DNA of 64,000 bases from Elsinoe ampelina (Eukaryota): the NCBI GenBank assembly GCA_010093995.1, contig ML992501.1, forward strand, positions 2,483,320 to 2,547,319, read 5' to 3'. The stretch's first letter is position 1. The number at the start of each line of letters is the position of its first letter. This document shows positions 60,270 to 64,000 of this stretch, piece by piece. The position numbers were made by a program, and so were the translations under genes. The notes under the pieces were generated by a model. That model was not told the DNA's origin and ran no database searches. It saw only the letters and a program-made list of their open reading frames with translations.

Positions 60270-61932
60270 ATGGCTGCGCTCAACGGGGATTTCTACCTCC
60301 AGTCTCGCTTCCAGGAGAAGGCGGCGCATCACGAGAGTTTCGGGAAACTGTGGGAAAGGAAGTGGAAGGCACCTGTGAGTTCGCGCTATCTTGTCATCTG
60401 CCCCAGAGGCAGGTGTGGGCTGAGGGGGAGTGTGGCTGCTGCTCATGTAGCTGGCATGTGCTAGAGACCCAAGGGGCGTGCTGCAGACCTTCCAATCTCC
60501 TGGCTGGGCCTCTGCGTGCTCTGCCTTGTATTCTGCCGCCTCCGATCCCTGCCTCGGATGTCCAGCTCTAGCCTTGCCGTATCTTTGCCGCCGCCGTCGC
60601 CGTCGCAGCTACTCCCGCTACTTGTCGTGCACGTGCGGCGCCAGCCCGTGAGAATAGCGCTGATTGCCCCAGTGCGCTATGGGTGTCTACCCCTTCATGT
60701 TTGGGCACATTGGCGACTTCCAGCCCATCGTGGACCGGCTCATCGAAGAGGACCAGAAAGAGCCCTATGATTTTGACGCTTACGCTGCTGCTTTTGCGCC
60801 CAAGGGGGATGAGTTGGTGCGGAGGGCTGAAGAGGCGGAAGCTGCGGGCAGGGGGGAGGAGGCGGGGGAGTTGTTCCTGTATGTTGCCTTCTTCTCATCA
60901 ACTCTTTCAAGTTGTTATTCCGTGGTAGGAGGAACAAGCCGGTTGTGGTTGGATCTACGATTGGGAGCTGATAGTGGCAGTCGTGCATCCGCTGTGTTTC
61001 GTATCTCGCGCTTCCCGTACCCGGTGGCCGCGCAGCAGCTGCAAGCGTGGGAGAGGAACAAGTACGCCGCCAGGAAGGGGCTGGCGCTGCTTCCTCATCC
61101 GGTGGTGGAGGTGGAGATTCCACACACGTACGCCTTGAAGCATGAGGGCAAGATCGTCCCTGCTTTCCACCACTTGCCGGAGTGTGCGAGTACGACCAGT
61201 CCAGTGCCGCTAGTGCTGATTCTGACTGGGCTGGACGGTTACCGGACTGAGCTCGCGGTGTGGTCGCGTGGCTGGGCTGAGGCAGGGGTCGCGACGCTGA
61301 TCATGGAAATCCCCGGGACGGGTGACTGTCCTGCTGACTCGACGGATCCGATTGGGGCAGAGAGGTTGTTTGATAGTGTGCTTGAGTGGATTCGAGGACA
61401 GGAGGGAATCGACAACAAGAAGATGGTGGTTTGGGGCTTCTCGACTGGTGGATATCAGACAATCAGACTGGCGCATACGCATCCAGATAATTTTTCGGGC
61501 TTCGTAGCTCATGGTGGTGGGTGCCACTACATGTTCAAGCCGGAGTGGCTTGATGCTAGTCAGGGTGCTGAGTACCCGTTTCCCCTTGGTAGTACTTTGG
61601 CGAGAAAGTTCGGGTATGGTGATGACTTTGAGACGTTCAAGAAGGAAGGAATGGGAAAGTGGAGTTTGCTGGAGGATGGAACGCTAGAGAAGCGGTGTGG
61701 TCGATTGCTCTTGGTTAACGGGTATGAGGATGGCATCTTTCCAGTTGACGACTATTTGCTTGCGTGCGAAGTTGGTGGGCCGAAAGAGTTGAGGCTGGTA
61801 AGAGGGAAGGGCCACATGGGCGAGCCGGAGAGCTTCGGTGTTATCCTCGAGTGGATCTATGGCTTGTTCGAAATCCAGAGAGATCCGCGAGAACAGTTGA
61901 AGACCCTGCCTTTCAAGGCCAAATATAATTAA
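60270..61932 (+). CDS. Ayg1-like alpha/beta hydrolase (polyketide-shortening hydrolase family)
   Basis: LWERKWKAP|CAMGVYPF, FRISRFPY, LTGLDGYR, EIPGTGDCPAD, VWGFSTGGY, HGGGCH, EYPF and HMG match recalled Ayg1 motifs. Introns 60375-60672 and 60879-60980. Confidence 0.85.
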
Positions 61933-62205
61933 GCCTGCCAATCAGAGAGATGGAGCGGTACAACTCCGAGAACAACCAGAATTCGAGAGTGCCATGGTAG
62001 ATACACCATCGTGAGTATATTATCGCCTTTTTGGGCCTGTTAGTATATCGAAAAGTACTGCCACATGTGGGATATACTATGGTCGAATATGTTACGTGCA
62101 TACACAGTGTGTGGTACTACGTGGCAGCTCCATGTTGCGGCTCTTTTCATTACGAGCGTGGCTCGACAGTGTTGGTACAATGGTAGACCAGGCTTGTGCT
62201 AATGT

Positions 62206-62712
62206 TCAAGCTGCAGGGCGGGTATATACAGTGTCGCTGGAATAGTCCTTCTCGGGTCCCTTGACCAGATGCTTCAGTCCCCACATGGTGAGCTTGTCGC
62301 CGTCTATTCGAAAGTCGTAGAAAGCCCAATACATATCGTTGACGCACAGATGGTCACCCCTGGCGACCCACCGATCGTGTTCCAGATCAAATTCGAGTTC
62401 ATGGTAGAGATAGTCTACATCATCCTTGCCGTCAACCTCTTTCACGAACCAGGCAGAGATCTTTTCGTCGTCCGGAGAGAGCCGATATATGTACTTACGG
62501 TTCGCATTGAGTTGGAAGCCTTGGTCAGTCACCAGAGTGCCGACTTCGTGGTAGAGGTATGCCGACTTGTTGAATGCTTCTGAAGGGCTGAAGGTTGCTG
62601 TGCCCTCGAATGTGCCAGACGGGTAACCTGGTAGTTTGGAGGTCAAGGTTCGTCGAAGATTCCATTTGCCGGCCAGGCCGTTGAAGATGACCTTCAAAGG
62701 TGCTTTGCTCAT
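62206..62712 (-). CDS. DUF6314-like protein
   Basis: GKWNLRR...FEGTATF...YHEVG...HLCVNDMY...VKGPEKDY.S.T.Y.R pattern recalled for DUF6314. Confidence 0.75.
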   Translation of the reverse strand: MSKAPLKVIFNGLAGKWNLRRTLTSKLPGYPSGTFEGTATFSPSEAFNKSAYLYHEVGTLVTDQGFQLNANRKYIYRLSPDDEKISAWFVKEVDGKDDVDYLYHELEFDLEHDRWVARGDHLCVNDMYWAFYDFRIDGDKLTMWGLKHLVKGPEKDYSSDTVYTRPAA

Positions 62713-62721
62713 TTTGCGACA

Positions 62722-62985
62722 GGATCAGCCTGGTATTTTGCCTGAAGATCCTACCAGCCTGGTAGTTTGGTTGGAGATTCTACCAGCCTGGTAGTTCGAT
62801 TTGAGATGTCACCAGCTTGGTACCGGTCGGAAACACTACAAGTCTGGTATGGGTCGGGAATACTACCAGACCGGTTGATCAGTGGAAGAAACTACCAGCG
62901 ATGGTACGCCCAGGGATGACACTTGGAAGCTCTTATGGGTACTTGGTGTTCACCCTGGTAGTAAAGGAGGAATGCTACCACCTAG
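62722..62985. repeat. Degenerate array of palindromic 15-mers (CTACCAGCCTGGTAG), period 27-29 nt
   Basis: Units start at about 62722, 62751, 62780, 62809, 62836, 62863 and 62892; a further TGGTAG...CTACCA pair lies at 62956-62980. Confidence 0.85.
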
Positions 62986-63301
62986 AGGTCATACTTGTTC
63001 AGTTCCTAATTCTTGGATATTGGCTCCGGTAATATGCAATCATCTCGCGAGTGTGTTGTCATTGTTGAGGCTTTTCCAGTGCGCCGCATGAAGCATTCCT
63101 TCGGTGGTCCGTGCATCCGGTCTCGAGTTTGTGGTCTTTGGCTGGGATGAGCTGCACAGTCAAGTTGCGGAATGAGCTGAGTTCATTGTTGGAAGTGCTA
63201 TAGCTATGGACACTGTTATCAAGTCTCTCTTCGTCGCCAGTCATCGTCAGGCCTGCAATCTTATCGCGATGTACGAGACCTCCACACCTTACGCGATTCG
63301 T

Positions 63302-63592
63302 CTATTTGCCCTCCAAATCCTTGAGGTCCTTCTCGTCCTTGGCCAATTGCTCCTTTGATGAAGCAATCTTTGCCTTGAGCTGTTTGAGCTTCTCCTGCTC
63401 CTGCTGCTTGATATAAAGGTTCTCCGAAGCTTCCTCGCGCTTGGTGAAGGCATCGCCCTGCGAAGCACCCCCCGATCGTGGCGCACCGGCGTCACCACCA
63501 GCCATTCTTCGAGCTGCTACTGAGAAGGATGCGGTCTGAAGTCGTGGAGCGGAGGAGCGGACGGTGCGGAATGTCCTGAGGGCGGCAGTCAT
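63302..63592 (-). CDS. INH1: Mitochondrial F1Fo-ATPase inhibitor (IF1/Inh1/Stf1 family)
   Basis: Presequence, then GDAGAPRSGG...DAFTKREEASENLYIKQQEQEKLKQLK. Probable 5'-UTR intron 63642-63595. Confidence 0.9.
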   Translation of the reverse strand: MTAALRTFRTVRSSAPRLQTASFSVAARRMAGGDAGAPRSGGASQGDAFTKREEASENLYIKQQEQEKLKQLKAKIASSKEQLAKDEKDLKDLEGK

Positions 63593-64000
63593 GACTGGAT
63601 GTGTCAGCTATGGTCGACCCCTGGCCGTGTGTAGTTTCGCACTTGTGGATGAGCTTGTGAGCGAGATCTGTGCTTGTTGGAAATATGCTTGCGTGATATT
63701 CTCGAGTTTTCAGGTTGATATGGAGCTGTGGGAAAAGTTATCCTCGTCCAAACTCGAACGAAGAGCTCAGGTACGCACCTCAGCAACGTCAGAGCGGGTC
63801 TAGCCGTGATATTCTTGTGCCCAAAAATCGCGGGATAAGCTTGGCGTTTTAGATAGCTGCACCCACCAAAATCCACCAATATTTGCCCATTTCGTGAATT
63901 ATTCATCCATCTCGCATCCATTTGAAGCCGAACTGGTCTATACTATTAATCCATCTCGGAGGCCAAGTTAGACATCTATCTAGCGCAAATTGGACCCTAT

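Noticed and set aside
60375..60672. TPP riboswitch in the long Ayg1-like intron (also considered for the HRP1 intron)
   Set aside because: The conserved CUGAGA and CUGAU...UAAU...CGNAGG aptamer elements were not found, and the genes are unrelated to thiamine.
62722..62910. CRISPR array interpretation of the palindromic repeats
   Set aside because: Eukaryotic context, no cas genes, 15-nt degenerate repeats, and 12-14 nt spacers that resemble each other; this fits tandem duplication, not spacer acquisition.

Overview
Gene-dense, intron-containing genomic DNA from a filamentous ascomycete. Short GT-AG introns with CTRAC-type branch points and the gene content point to Pezizomycotina, probably Dothideomycetes; the taxon is an inference. 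I reconstructed about 33 protein-coding genes by hand, including splice junctions. They are mostly housekeeping: DDHD phospholipase, SRC1/HEH1, RPL42, HRP1-like, GYP1, DCD1, ATG7, RED-like, MRPS17, AIP1, DIM1, APN1, a divergent H3/H4 pair, SYM1-like, EXO5, Fus1-like SH3, Ayg1-like hydrolase, DUF6314 and ATPase inhibitor. There are also two large Ser/Thr-rich surface proteins and a few orphans. I recognised no tRNA, rRNA, transposon or CRISPR-Cas. Most notable: (1) a compact cluster of a C2H2+Zn2Cys6 regulator, an intracellular GH127 beta-L-arabinofuranosidase and a sugar porter, a candidate system for using plant beta-L-arabinofuranosides; (2) about a dozen islands of roughly 0.5-1.5 kb where the + strand flips from C-rich to G-rich regardless of gene orientation, strongly enough to shape protein sequence; (3) a 7-unit palindromic repeat array (CTACCAGCCTGGTAG, 27-29 nt period) just upstream of the DUF6314 gene; (4) a single in-frame TGA separating a secreted ectodomain from a GPI-like tail; (5) a possible non-AUG mitochondrial leader on the DDHD lipase and an 838-nt, possibly autoregulatory intron in HRP1. 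All calls come from reading the sequence; no database searches were run.
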